DNA from: Mytilus edulis
Lineage: Eukaryota
Reading direction: 5' to 3'
Assembly (NCBI RefSeq): GCF_963676685.1
Contig: NC_092344.1
Location: forward strand, 49,724,001 to 49,788,000
Length of the DNA stretch: 64,000 nucleotides
In this document: piece by piece, positions 50,229-63,852 of the stretch
Layout of the letters: each line of letters starts with the position of its first letter
Numbering within the stretch: position 1 is the stretch's first letter
Notes under the pieces: model-generated
The model's database searches: none
What the model was told of the DNA's origin: nothing
What the model saw: the letters and a program-made list of their open reading frames with translations, nothing else
Position numbers and translations under genes: made by a program

Positions 50229-52019
50229 TCATCCTGAGTATCCTTTGGATGGTTTTCTTCGGCAAATCCTGTGACATTTAACAGTGGTACAGTATTTGCT
50301 TGGTGCACAATCTGTATCAGTATGACATAGTTTTCTGCAATTACTGAGGTCTCCTACTACTGACTGAGATACGATCCTTGAACCAGATGATCCAACTGAT
50401 CCTCCTCGTCTAGAAGAAATTGTGTCCAATGCATCCATGCCACTACGTCTAGATGTAATTGTGTCCAATGCATTAATGCCACTTCGTCTAGCTGAGATAG
50501 TGTCAAGAATATCAGAACCTGTATGACCAGACAATGTACGACTGCTACCAATAGTTTCCAAATGAGCATTGCTAGATAGATCCAAACGTCCTGTCAAAGA
50601 CTGACCAGAACCAATTAGGCTACCAGATGCTATTTGTACGCAATAGCTGTTGCATCCTTCGTGGACACATTTCTGTCCTAACCCACATAGTTTATTGTCT
50701 CCACATCCATAATTGCATTTCAAACCATCAATGCTTGACAGTCTTGATAAGTCAGATGACGAACCTCTAATAATTTCTGAAACTTTATTTCCCCTTCTTA
50801 TAGACCCCGATAATCCAGATTCACCAATGACACTCCCAGATGAAACTTGGACACAATAACTGTCACATCCATCGCGTACACATTTATGTCCTAGGTTACA
50901 TAATTTATCTACTCCACACTCATAATGACAGTTTCTGTTTATACCATCATTGCTTGCTATACCAGCAGAATTCTGAAATGAAGAGCTTCTTATAATTTCA
51001 GAGACAGCTGAACTTCTTCTGTCAGATCCTGCTCGTCTATTTGCATCCATTACATCCAATACAGAAACTGAGTCTCCAAGAGGACCTCCAATGTCTCTAC
51101 CAACTCCATTGTCAAGCTGTAAAACCTTGTTCACTCCATGTAGACCTAATTTCTTTTCTGTAGGTGTATAGGCTGTAAAGAAATATATGAGGTTTGTAAA
51201 ACTTATATCAAACAAATACTGTACACCAACTTATTTTCGCGGATACTTTATTTCGCGTTTATCACCAGCTAGTCAATTTCGCGGCGATTTAATTTCGCGA
51301 TTTCTTAAATTTACTTGATGTGGTTTGATAAGGAAATATCTAAGTTATACATATTCGCGACGATTTAATTTCGCGTTCGTTTTCTTCTCGCGAAAGTCGC
51401 GAAAATAAATCGCTCGCGAAATTAAGTTGGTTTACAGTATTTTAAAATTCTTTGAAAGAATACAGAAAAATCATCATATAGTGCCTTTTCTTATTATAAA
51501 TCTAATTCCTAATAATATATTTGCAGATCCATAAGTGATAAATTTAAATATCATTGATTACACATGTTTATAAATTAACTGCAAAACTTTCATTTATTTA
51601 AAAACACTTCGGACATTTGGGATCCTCAGTTTTCTTTAAATTCAATCTTGATTCGGCATTATAACATGTATAACATTTCTATTCGAGCATTCCTGATGAG
51701 TCTTTTGTAGACGAAGCACGGGTATTTATTATCGAATTATAAGCGTGGTATCTTTGTTGGGTAACTAGAACTTGATCTTAACTATGTCAGAAAACTTTGT
51801 TTATAAAAAGCTTATCAAAGGTGCCAGACTTATAATTTTGTACACCAGACGCATGTTTCTTCCTTCATCATAAGTGTTATCAGAGATTATGGTATCACAA
51901 CAGTTTGAAAGCCAAATAAAAAATAATAATCTTGAGAAAGCGAATATAAGTTAATGCTTACCAGCCACTGACATTATGGTCAATAACATTGACAATGACA
52001 TAGTTTCAAATCTCATCAT
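50229..52019 (-). CDS. Copy D: secreted Ser/Gly/Arg-rich protein with three 6-Cys WAP-like modules, 333 aa; join(52019..51962, 51172..50229)
   Basis: A 58-nt exon encodes MMRFETMSLSMLLTIMSVA. A phase-1 intron (gtaagc...tttacag) joins it in frame to (A)YTPTEKK..., open to TGA. Confidence 0.92.
51219..51437. mobile_element. TA-target MITE (Tc1/mariner-like) in intron 2 of copy D
   Basis: TIR ctgtacaccaacttattttcgcg / cgcgaaattaagttggtttacag with TA on both sides and internal tttcgcg repeats. Absent from copy E. Confidence 0.85.
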
Positions 52020-53017
52020 TTTCAAGAATCTGAAATATACAAGATAAGCATGTTTTAAAACATCTGTTTTCAAAAATAACTAAAAATCATATAACAAAAA
52101 AGGTTGCTAATTATAATTTAGACCTGCCAGCATTTAACTTCAAATTACTTAAAATTTCGAAATTATTAAATCAGATTGTGCATGTTCTATTCTTAATAGC
52201 TTGACAAAACAACAAAACAGGGATAAAGAAAGTAACCGTTTCAAAGGTAAGTCAACAAGAACAATATAAAAAACGAAACAGGGGGAAATAAATTCCAACC
52301 AAAAAAATTTTGTCAAGCGAATTAACGGGAATAAATGTATGTCCAAAGTTATTGTAGATCCTCATTTATGTAGTAAAATACGGAGTTTAAATTTGTAAAA
52401 AGTATCTGATGGAAATATATTTCAAGCTAAAATGATTGAAATCATTAAAATAATGCAAATTTAAGTTTAAACTGAAAGATTGCAATTGCATTGCATATAT
52501 CAGTTTAAAATCTGACATAGTTCTAACAGATATGGTTTTTTTTAATATTTTAATTATTTTCTGGTATTCACTAGAATTTTTTGAAAAAAATATCAACTTC
52601 ATACTTTAAAGTCCAAAATTAAGTTCGGAAATTAATTAAGAAACGCGTGTTTTTTTTTTAATATAATATACGTTAAGCTGTAGTTCGGTACTTAAACAAA
52701 CTTGCAAATTTGTCACTGACTATAAACGTACGTAATGTCTAATTTAATTTCATAAACATTGTAAACTAATCTGTATAAAATGTTATGATATTTCTATTTG
52801 CAGACAAAAATATTTTAAAGAAAAAGTGTGTTTCTAGAATTTCATAATTAATTGTTTTTCAAAATATTATCCTTTTGGAATTTTTGTTTGTATGGTGTAT
52901 TATTAAAGTCATCATGTTATTAAACAATTACTACGTACCAATGTATAAGCCTTCCATATTTAGTTAATTTATAAAGATAATAAAGAGTCAAGTTGTCTTT
53001 GAAACTAAAGGAATGTT

Positions 53018-53161
53018 AAATTGAAAAGAAATATGTGTATAAATTGTAAAGAAATATGTGTATAGATTGAAAAGAAATATGTGTATAAATTGAAATGAAA
53101 TATGTGTATAAATTGAAAAGAAATATGCGTATAAAATGAAAAGAAATATGTGTATAAATTG
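53018..53161. repeat. Minisatellite, 6 x 23 bp, in intron 1 of copy D
   Basis: Unit aaattgaaaagaaatatgtgtat. Copy E has a single diverged copy at about 62683. Confidence 0.95.
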
Positions 53162-53202
53162 TGATTTCTAAGTAGCTTAACACTTAAACTTAGTAATCTT
53201 AC

Positions 53203-53333
53203 CTTAATTTAAAGTAGTTATCAGTTTTTCGAATGAATAAATAATGTTTCCCATTTCAGAACTGTTCTTTTATACCATCTCAATTATTTGTTTATTGTTT
53301 GCATACAAACAAGGAAATGTATATTAAACCACA
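53203..53333 (-). promoter_or_regulatory. Non-coding exon 1 and TATA promoter of copy D
   Basis: Donor taag|gtaaga (exon ends 53203). TATAAAA at 53274-53268. AAGGAAATGT at 53311-53320 and AACCACA at 53327-53333. Confidence 0.75.
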
Positions 53334-56300
53334 AATGATGAATTATGTAATCATTGTTTTGCATTCATTTAATGTCAAAGCAAATTTATAAGATATAATT
53401 GCACACAATATGCAAATTAAAATAAACTATATGTACTTAATGGGTTCAAATGCACATACTATTTCCTTTTGTATTACACTTGGTGTTTTTGGTTACGTCA
53501 TAGTAGATATATGTACTTCAAAATGATGTTTTGATGTATTAGTGATGTACATAAATACACATATTATGTATAAGATAGTAGTCAGAGACTTGTACCGTTT
53601 AAAAAAAAAAAACCGTACTGTTTCTATTTCCTCAAAAAATAATTAACCAACTGTATTTTTCATTTAGATATATATAATTATTTATGCTTTATAAGATATT
53701 TGAATAGACGTCTTCAATCGTTTATAATACTTATGTGATTTTATCGCAATTGGTCATCTTTAAACAATAAGAACAAGGGTCAAAGTGAAGAAAAAACACA
53801 TAACAACAGAAACACCCATGTTAACACAATCGCATGATTGATTCTCACAACTACCTTGTTGATTAATTTCGTCTCCGCTGAAACTTTATTTTTCGATAAA
53901 TGTTATGTAAAACAATGTTGAAACAATTAGAAACATTCATTGGTAGATAGTCAAAGTAATGAATTTACAAAGGGTTTGTTTCATTGGAGCTTGACATATA
54001 TTATTGGCCACTTATTTGTACCATAAAGTGACCGCTAGATGAAGTGTAGCCTTGCATTGAAATGATGTGTTGTTAAGTATACAACACATAGTTTTTGATG
54101 ATGTTTTCTCAATAATTTACTCATTTCATTGTGAATAATTGTCAATGACACTAAAATAAGTAAAAAATGTATAACTAAACTGAATGAATATCTTCATATA
54201 TCATATGATACATATTTTTAAAATTTTCTTATTTTAATTAATTATCCTAAGGCTTTTAGTTATTGGATATCTGGTGATATATATATACGTATGATATTGA
54301 TTTGGTATGTTAAGATGCGTGGTACTTTAGCTATTTTGTCTAGCTTATAATTAAGTATGACTGATGACACGTGTTCTGTCTGATCAGCGATGAAGCTTGT
54401 ATCTGTTTGTTGTGCGTATTGCACATTTTATTTTCTTTAATTACAATTTTGTATTGTTTCTTATGTGACAGTTAATAAAACTTGTTGGTTTTCTGATAGA
54501 TTTTTATGCAGGGTAATCTTACTTGGTGTAGTTCAATGGCTTTGCTTCCGTTTGTTATACTTTTTATAAAACAGCATAGGTTTTTTTCTCGAGTCTTCTT
54601 GTTTTATTTCGACGTCAAAGGTCCTAAAATGCATGACTTATATTTTTTGAGTTTCAATTAGATTGCCTTTTGTAGTATGACTCATGATTATTTTGTTATG
54701 TAATTAAACATTGTTAAACGATCATGTGTCTTGTAGTTTGTCGATTCAAGACTTTTTAATACACTTTTGTATCTTTTTTTTAAATACAAAGGGGTAAAAT
54801 ACCAATGAGTATGCAAATACTATAATGAAAAGAAATTATAATTTTTAATAGAAGTAGTTAAAATCATGTCTTGTTTTTTTTTTTCGTTTATTTTCTTTTA
54901 CTTTTTTGTATTCACATAACGACAAACATACATATTTAGGTACTCATCGAGCTGTACAAGAAGAACTGTCTTATAAAACATGTAAACACAACAAATAAGC
55001 AAAATAATTTATGATGTTAAAGTTTGTAATTTGAAGAATATAATTTTCAAAGGTGTTAATAAGTGAAATAATGTTGCGTTGTTTGAAAGATTGAAAACCA
55101 CCTTAACTTACTTGCGATAGCTGTGAAAAAAAACCAAAATAAAAATATCTGACGGAAAGCACATCAGATCAGTATAAAGCACTAAAACTATAACAAAAAG
55201 AAACAGCTACTTGAAGCTAGACCAATGCCGAAATTCAATTGATGAAAAACGTGGAAAAACTGCACGACGGTCTAATCATAACTGAACGGCACATTTATTT
55301 TGAGATTTTTTAATTTGTTTAAATATATATTCATAATTAAAAATGCTAGCATATTTTGGAGAGACAAATAAATTATGGATTTCCATTCCTGTTTTTTCAT
55401 CTGTATACATGTGTAACCATTCAGTTGACTATCAACTTATCACTAAATATATTCTATATTATACAGAAAGTACAAAACATCAGTTGTCTAAGAACCCCAA
55501 TTATGCCCAATATTTTTCATGAGTTCCAATATACATCCAGTTTTTTGGGGATAATCTTAAACTTAAACCAAACTGTATGAGGCTCTGGTTCCCTGATCCT
55601 ATGTTTCCTGACATATATATGGCCAGGAAGGCTAACGATTTCATTTCAAGATATTTCATCAACCTTACTATAGCTTATCTGTCACACATGAGGTCAATAA
55701 TTAAGAAGACTCAAGAGTCTTATCAAATTTTGTCAAACTGTATAATGCTTCGTTTTAGGTCCTTATTGCAGAAATCCTCACATGGCTTTTTTAAACGGAG
55801 AATAGCATTACAAACAAACAACTCATTCGGTGTGGAAGCATAATCGTAGTAAATATATCCAGAAAAAAGAAAAAAGGAAATACATATTCAAGATAATTAT
55901 TTGAAACCAGACATTTTATAATATGCACAACTATACAAAGCAATTGATACCTTTAATATCTATCTTTTTAAACCAACAGCAGTTTCCTGTTTGTTTTTAC
56001 TTACATTCACTTGCATTAGTTTTACTAAATTCACTTGTGTACCTCAAACCTTCACAAAATAACAACAAATGGCAATTGTTTGTTTTAGAAGTAGATTTGA
56101 CCTTGACTTTTTACCTTTTAACATAAAATAAAATAAAATAAATGGGAGTTGCCTCTATTTTTATATGTCTTCAATCAATACAAGTTTAATTATAAACTGA
56201 AATATATGTTTTTTGTTGTCGTTTTTATGTTTTTTAGAATGGTGTCGGATTTTTTTTATAATTTGAATGCGAACGTCTTCAAAAATTATAATCGGTCAAC

Positions 56301-56589
56301 TATTTGTTTCTGACACAAAGAAGAAGACGTTAGTACTAACTCACAAATGACAATATGTTCCTGGTATTTTCCGGGGATCATAACCACCATGTTTATAAAA
56401 ACTATAATATAATTCAGTTCACCTTCCACTTACTTATTGTTAGTATGCTTATATTTCTGATATTTGAATTATTTATAATAAACATTTTTTAAGAAATTGG
56501 ACAATTGTAATATATATAAAATATAATCGTACGTCTCGCATTTATTGTGTCGTTTTATTTAGGGTTATATTGTCCAAAACAATATCGAT

Positions 56590-58190
56590 CGTTTTTAACA
56601 ATCCAATATACGAGTCCTCCCTCAATGACAAATATGTTGTTGTCCCTGCAGATAAAGTTCCAAACAACATCGTTTTTGTGTGTAAATCACATTACATAGA
56701 CTGCTTGACAAATGAACTAGGTATTGACAATTCACTTTGTAATTCAATATATACCCCCACGACACTTTCTAAAGATGAAATCCTGGTACTCATGTTATGC
56801 ATCTTTGGAATTTCAATCAAAGATGAATAACTGGATTCCAATAACTGTATTGAAATTCTAATCTACATAAGTGTCATTAAACACAATGGTATATTGCTGG
56901 GTCTTCCAAGTGCTCCAAGAAATCTCTTTTTGAATTATTAACATTAATCTTAGAAGCAATCAAAGCCAGGCTTCAAAGTTATTGTAAATCATCCTATTCT
57001 AGAGGTGGTGTGAATCAGATGTGGATACTGAAACATTCCAAGGATTTTTAGGGTACACCCTATACCAAAATAAAAGACAAACTGAAACAGTTGGTATTGC
57101 TTTGTTTCATAAAAAAAGAACAAAGTAAATACAAGTATCTTATCTTTACGAGGAATAAATCTTACTTTGTAAAAAATAACTCGGATTCAGACCAAAAGAA
57201 ATCACTGAAACTGACATTGTGAAGATGCTTGATTTCTTGATCGACAACATATTTTTTACGTTTGGAGGACGTACTTTTAAACATACTACCGGAATCCCAT
57301 GGTAACCAATTGTGTCCCTCTTCTTGCTCACTTGTTCCTTTATTCTTATGATGCTGGCTTCATACAGATACTTCTAAGGAAAAAAAAAAGAAGTTAGCAA
57401 TATTCTTTTACTTCACTTTCCGTCAAAAAGATGATGTTCTCTCACTAAACAATTCATAATTTGCTGACTATATTATACGCATCTATCCAATTGAAATGAA
57501 GATTATTGATACAACAGATGAGTCTGCCTCATATCTTTACTTACATCTAGAAATTAACAATGAATGGCCTGTTGAAAACTAAACCGTACGACAAAAGAGG
57601 GGGTTTCAGCTTTCTAATTGTGAACTTTGTAGCAACATTCCAGCAGCTGCTGCATACGGAATGTATATCTCCCATTTGAAATGATGTCACGAGCTTTTGT
57701 TTTCTGTCATATTTCCTTGATAGAGGGTTGCTGCTCACAAGGAAAGTATTTAAAAAATAGTTTCAAATGGTGAAGTTAAAAATGTCCCAGCGTAAATTTT
57801 AAAGACGCCATTACGAGTTGGTTAACTGCTATAGAATATCCATGTCACAAATGATAACGGATATGTTTTTCTATTTCGTAACTACAATTATGTTCCTTTT
57901 TCACGAATGTGACCATCCAAATTAGATTATTTACGGGTTTAAATAAACATGAGCAGTACGACGGTTGTCACATGAAGAGCAGGAACTGCTGAACTTTCTA
58001 GAGCACCTGACACCATCCCCAGTTGTTGATGGAGATCGTTTTGCTTGGTCTTTAGTTTTCTATGTTAAGTCTATGTTGTATTATTGTTTGTCCTTTTGTC
58101 TTTTTCTCTTTTTTGTCATGGTGTTGTTAGTTTATTTTTCATCGATGAGTTTGAATATCCCTCTGGTATTCTCGCTCCTCTTTTAAAGCA
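56590..58190 (+). mobile_element. Decayed Penelope-like retroelement (RT region and 3' tail)
   Basis: DKYVVVPADK.PNNIVFVCK, YIAGSSKCS, MWILK, FLIDNIF.TFGG..F....GIPM.TNC.PLLA.LFLYSY and DDVLSLNN, with many stops and frameshifts. Confidence 0.8.
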
Positions 58191-60228
58191 GTGACATGTG
58201 CGCAAACATATGTGTGGTTTTAAAACATTCTATGATATTGTTCATGACTTTGTTATCGCTAAGGCCAACATTAATTTTAACACAAAAATATATGAAGACA
58301 CTGTTCATGTTGTTTTATGTTTTTGTGCTGTTGTGTTTCAAATGTGGTTCTTCTTTCAAGAACATCCTAGTATTAAAACTTATTTTTTTAAACATTATTA
58401 ACGGGTGACAAATACCTTTTTATCTCTTTTTGAATAATTAAACTGTTAAAATGATATTTTCCTAGCTAAATACAATCACAACACTAGCAGTGACATGTAT
58501 GCATTAGCATATACAATTCATTATTTATTATTTTACCATCACGAAATGGTTGATCCATACAATGTGTCTTTGTCCAAACTAACTAAGGACATTTTGATCA
58601 CGTGTTAGAGTGTGGTTTGTCATTATGTCGTCTGATCTTTTAATTACCGAACGTGAATTATTCCTGATTGTACTTTTGTTGCTGAGTGTGAATTCGCATT
58701 GCTATATATAAGACGTGTCACGGTATTTTCCAACCGAAATTCATGTATTTAGTTTTGAGGTAATATTTGTTATTCTCATCTAATTTTGTCAAATTATTAT
58801 CGTTTGTAGTTGTAAATTCAAATGTGACGTCACTTAAATTTGTGCGTTTATCGATTTGGCTAACGCGGTTGTGGATTTCTATATTCTGGTTTAAATTATT
58901 TACCTATTCGTTTTATTTTGTAGTTAGTCACCGGTTTTATCATTTATATCTATTATAAAGTCATTTTATAAAATTACTGTTTGCAAAAGTATGAACTATT
59001 CTAAATGATAAGGATGTTCTTATCCCAGGCAAAAAAAACAAGCCGTATTTGGATAAACTTTTTGGAACTTTTGGCCCTCAATTCTCTTCAACTTTGTACT
59101 TTATTTTGGCTTTCGAACTCTTTTCATCAGAGAGTCTCTGGTTAGTCTTGTGTTGACGAAACGCGCATCTTGCGTATTAAATTGTAAACCTGTCACCTTT
59201 TGTTAGCTATAATTCAAGTGTTTCTCTGCCCTGTATGTTCTCCCATTTATTGTATTGTAGTCCTATCATATAATGCTGTCATTTTAATGTTATATTTAAC
59301 ATTGCCATAAAAGCGGAAGGTTTGGCATGCCACAAAACCAGGTTCAACCCACCATTTAAATGTCCTGTATTAAGTCAGGAAAATGGCCATTGTTACATTA
59401 TAGTTCGTTTCTGTGTGTGTTACATTTTAATGTTGTGTTTCTGTTGTGTCGAAGTTCTCCTCTTATATTTGATGTGTATCCCTGGGTTTTAGTTTGTTAC
59501 CCGAATTTGTGAGGTTTGTTTTTCTCAATCGATTTATGAATTTCGAACAACGGTTAACTATTTATAAAAAAGAAAATGTGGTATGATTGCCAATGAGACA
59601 GACCAAAATGACACAGACATTAACAACTATAGGTCACCGTACGGCCTTCAACAATGAGCAAATGCCCATACCGCATAGTCAGCTATAAAAGGCCCCGATA
59701 AGACAATGTAAAACAATTCAAACGAGAGCAAGTATTGTTGCCTTAATTAACATCACCAAAAGGCCAACATTAAGGCTAACACAATATGATATAATTACAT
59801 TTTGCATGTCTATTGTGTTTTATGCTAACGTGTGTATCATATGGTTTATTCACACTACATAATCATTTACGCTTCATTTATTTTTTTTAATTTACGGGAG
59901 CGGTTACCATTCATATAATGTCCTTTATTTGTTTTTGTAATATCTTTATTTCGAAATATTTTTTCTTTTTTCATGAGAAAGTTCAGAGTTATCAATATAA
60001 CTTGACTGTCATATTTATGTTATTTTCCTTTACGTGTATTTTTATCTGTCTATTTGGTGTAGATATCTTATGATTATGATTGTCTCGACGTCTTAACTAT
60101 TCAATGTTTTTGAACGATTCTCAACATATTTACAACAAGACTATTTGTATTTAATATTTTATTTATTTCATAATAAAAAAAAATCGGTTTGCGTAAAAAG
60201 ATGGATTTCTACAAAATTCTAATTATGT

Positions 60229-61759
60229 TCATCCTGAGTATCCTTTAGATGGCCTTCTTCTGCAAAGCCTGTGACATTTAACAGTGGTACAGTATTTGCT
60301 TGGTGCACAATCTGAATCAGTATGACATAGTTTCCTACATTCACTGTCGTCTCCTACTACAGACTGAGAAACGATCCTTGAACCAGATGATCCAACTGAT
60401 CCTACTCGTCTAGAAGAAATTGTGTCCAATGCATCCATGCCACTACGTCTAGATGTAATTGTGTCCAATGCATTAATGCCACTTCGTCTAGCTGAGATAG
60501 CGTCAAGAATATCAGAACCTGTGTGACCAGAAATTGAACCACTGCTACCAATAGTTTCCAAATGACCATTGTTAGATAGACCCACACGTCCGGTTAAAGA
60601 CTGACCTGAACCAATTAGGCTACTAGATGATAATTGAACGCAATAGCTGTTGCATCCTTCGAGGATACATTTATGTCCTGATGCACATAGTTTATTTTCT
60701 CCACATCCATAACTGCATTTTGAACCATCAATGCTTGACAGTCTTGAAATTCCAGATGATGAACCTCTAATAATTTCTGAAACTGTATTTCTATTTCCAC
60801 TTCTTATAGACCCCGACAATCCAGATTCACCAATGACACTTCCAGATGAAACTTGGACACAGTAACTGTCACATCCATCGCGTACACATTTCTGTCCTAG
60901 GTTACATAATTTATCTACTCCACACTCGTAATGACAGTTTTTGTTTATACCATTATTGCTTGCTATACCAGCAGAATTCTGAAATGAAGAGCTTCTTATA
61001 ATTTCAGAGACAGCTGAACTTCTTCTGTCAGATCCTGCTCGTCTATTTGCAACAATTACATCCAATCCAGTAAGTGACTCTCCACGACGAACTCCAATGT
61101 CTCTACCAACTCCATTGTCAAGCTGTAAAACCTTGTTCACTCCATGTAGACCTAAATTCTTTTCTGTAGGTGTATAGGCTGTAAAAAATGTACGAGCTTT
61201 GTGAAAGAAGTAATAGCTGTTTTAAAATCGTTTTAATGCGTGCCTGTTTAATGCGAATATAGCAAAACTATCATCTTTATATTGTGTTATTTTCATTATA
61301 ATGTTTATACAGGTTTATCAATGAGAAGTTAGGTTGACATCGATATTGTCATATTCATAAATTAACTGCCAAAATTACATTAAAAAACTTCGAACATCTG
61401 TTGACCTCAAATTCAAAACTTGATTTTAGCATTTAGATTTGAGCTTTTCGGCTGGGTCTTTTTTAGACGATATGTGGGTCTTGTGTACAGACTTAAAAGT
61501 GTGGGATCTTTGTCGAATCGTATCTTAACTACGTCAAACATATTTGTGTAAAAACGAAGCTCATCAAAGGTACCAAACTTAACATAATTGTGTACGCCAG
61601 ATGTCGTTTACAAAATATGCATCCATAATGCTGGTATCAAAACTGTTTGAAAGCATAATAAAAGAAAATGATAGAAAAGGCGAAAATAACAAAATGCTTA
61701 CCAGCTACTGACATTATAGTCAACAACATTGACAATGACATAGTTTCAAATCTCATCAT
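60229..61759 (-). CDS. Copy E: tandem paralog of D with three WAP-like modules, 335 aa; join(61759..61702, 61178..60229)
   Basis: A 58-nt exon encodes MMRFETMSLSMLLTIMSVA. A phase-1 intron joins it in frame through (A)YTPTEKNLGLHG into ORF 60229..61140. Confidence 0.92.
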
Positions 61760-62753
61760 TTTCAAGTATCTGAAATATACAACATAATAGATATAGGAAG
61801 ATAGCATTTTTTAAACATCTGTAAAAAAAATAGCCAGAAATCATGTAATAAAAAAAAGTGCGGGTTATAATTTAGACCTGCAAGCATTTTACTTCAGATT
61901 ATTTAGAATTTTACTTAGAAATTAATAGATCCGATTGACCAAACTTATTGAAGACAGCAATTCTCATTTATGTAGTAAAATATGAAGTTTAACTTTGTAA
62001 AATATATGTAATGGAATAATATTTCAAACTCAAATAATATAAAGTGATCCATTAAATAACAAATGCAAATACAAGTTTAAACTAAAAAGATTGGCAATGC
62101 ATTGAATTCACCTGTTTAAAATCTGACATAGTGTTAATAGATATGACTTTTCTTCAATAGCAAAATCATTTTCCGGTATTCTCAAAAATTCATTTAAAAA
62201 AGAAAAAAACTTTAACTTCATACTTTTAAGTGCAACATTTAGTTCAGGGATATACAAATTCAATAAATAAACACTTGTGTTTTTTTAACATAATACACGT
62301 TCAGCCGTAGTTAGGTATTCAAAAAAACTTACTTCAAAAATACGTACATGTAATGTTATTGAATTTCATAAACAATTTAAACTGATCTGTATGATATTTC
62401 ATGATATTTCTGTTTAAACACAAAACATATTAAAGAAAAGGTGTTATTTTCTAGAATTCAATGATCTTGCTAATTTCATAATTATTTTGTTTTTCAAAAT
62501 TTTATCCTTTTGAAATGTTTATATGTATGGTGTATTATTAATGTCATCATGTTATAAAACAATTACTACGAACCTATTTATAAGCCTTGCATATTTAATT
62601 GATTTCAATCGATTTTCTCAATTTCTATTTAGTTTTTAAGATAATGAAGAGGCAAGTTATCTTTTGAAATTAAAGTAATGTTAAATTGAAAAGAAACAGG
62701 TGAACAAATTATAAATGATAATTATCTTAACACTGACACTTTAAAAATCTTAC

Positions 62754-62887
62754 CTTATTTTGAAGTAGTTATCAGTTTTTCGAATGAATGATTAATGTTT
62801 CCTATTTCAGAAATGTTCTTTTATACCATCTCAATGATTTTTTTTTTTTAATTGCATACAAACAAGGAAATGTATTTTTAAACCGCA
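62754..62887 (-). promoter_or_regulatory. Non-coding exon 1 and TATA promoter of copy E
   Basis: Donor taag|gtaaga (exon ends 62754). TATAAAA at 62825-62819. AGGAAATGT at 62865-62873 and AACCGCA at 62881-62887. Confidence 0.75.
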
Positions 62888-63852
62888 AATGATGAATTTT
62901 GTAATTTTGTAATTTTTGTTTTGATTTAAATGTCAAACCAAACTTTATAAGATAGAACTGCACAGTATGCAAATTGAAAAAAAAGACATATATGTACTTA
63001 ATGGGTTCAAATGCACATAATATTTCCTCTTGTTGCACACTCGGTTTTTAGTTACGTCATAGTAGATACATGTACTTCAAAATTATGTTTTGATTATTTA
63101 TAATTAACATAAATACACATATAATAATTAAGGAGGTAGTCAGCGACTTGTACATTTTTGACAAACAAACAATACTGTTTCTATTTCATCAAATAATACG
63201 TAGCGAACAGTACCTGTATTTTTATTAAGATAAATGTGTGCATATAAAATATGTTAATAGATAGCTTTTAAAGGTAATGATATTTTCTTTTTTAGGATTC
63301 CCAACAATTGACCAATATGAACAAGTGTTACTTTTAGTTGAAAAACAGCGATAAACGGGCTGCTCCTTTGCTTTTTGTATGTATTTAGTTTTACATGTAC
63401 TGATTTTGTGTCATGAATATATACCCTATATCCTATATTTTTCTATTAAGTGTTAGTATGAAAAATACTCACAAATCAAAACACCCAATCGCTTAGTTTT
63501 TTCACAACCAACGTGTTGATGAATGTTCGTCTGTTAGAGTATCAACATGCAAGTATGACTCTTTTTGGGTGACATGAACAACAACTGAGACATTCATTTT
63601 CGATAAATGTTATGTTCATAAAATGTTGAAGTAATTAAAAAAAAAGGATTGATTGTCAAATAACTAATGTACATGTCTGTACCAAGTCAGGAATACAACA
63701 GTTGTTATCTATTTGTTTTTCGAAAAACTAAGGATTTTCTTATCCAAGGCATAGATTACCTTAGCCGTATTTGGCACAACCTTTTGGAATTTTGGATCCT
63801 AAATTCTCTTCAACTTTGTACTTGTTTGGCTTTATAAATATTTTGATATGAG

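Noticed and set aside
53018-53161. 23-bp repeat array as CRISPR-like
   Set aside because: The units are contiguous with no spacers, in a eukaryotic intron.
50229-60229. Stop codons of D and E exactly 10,000 bp apart
   Set aside because: Other landmarks differ (start codons 9,740 apart, TATA boxes 9,551 apart), so this is coincidence.
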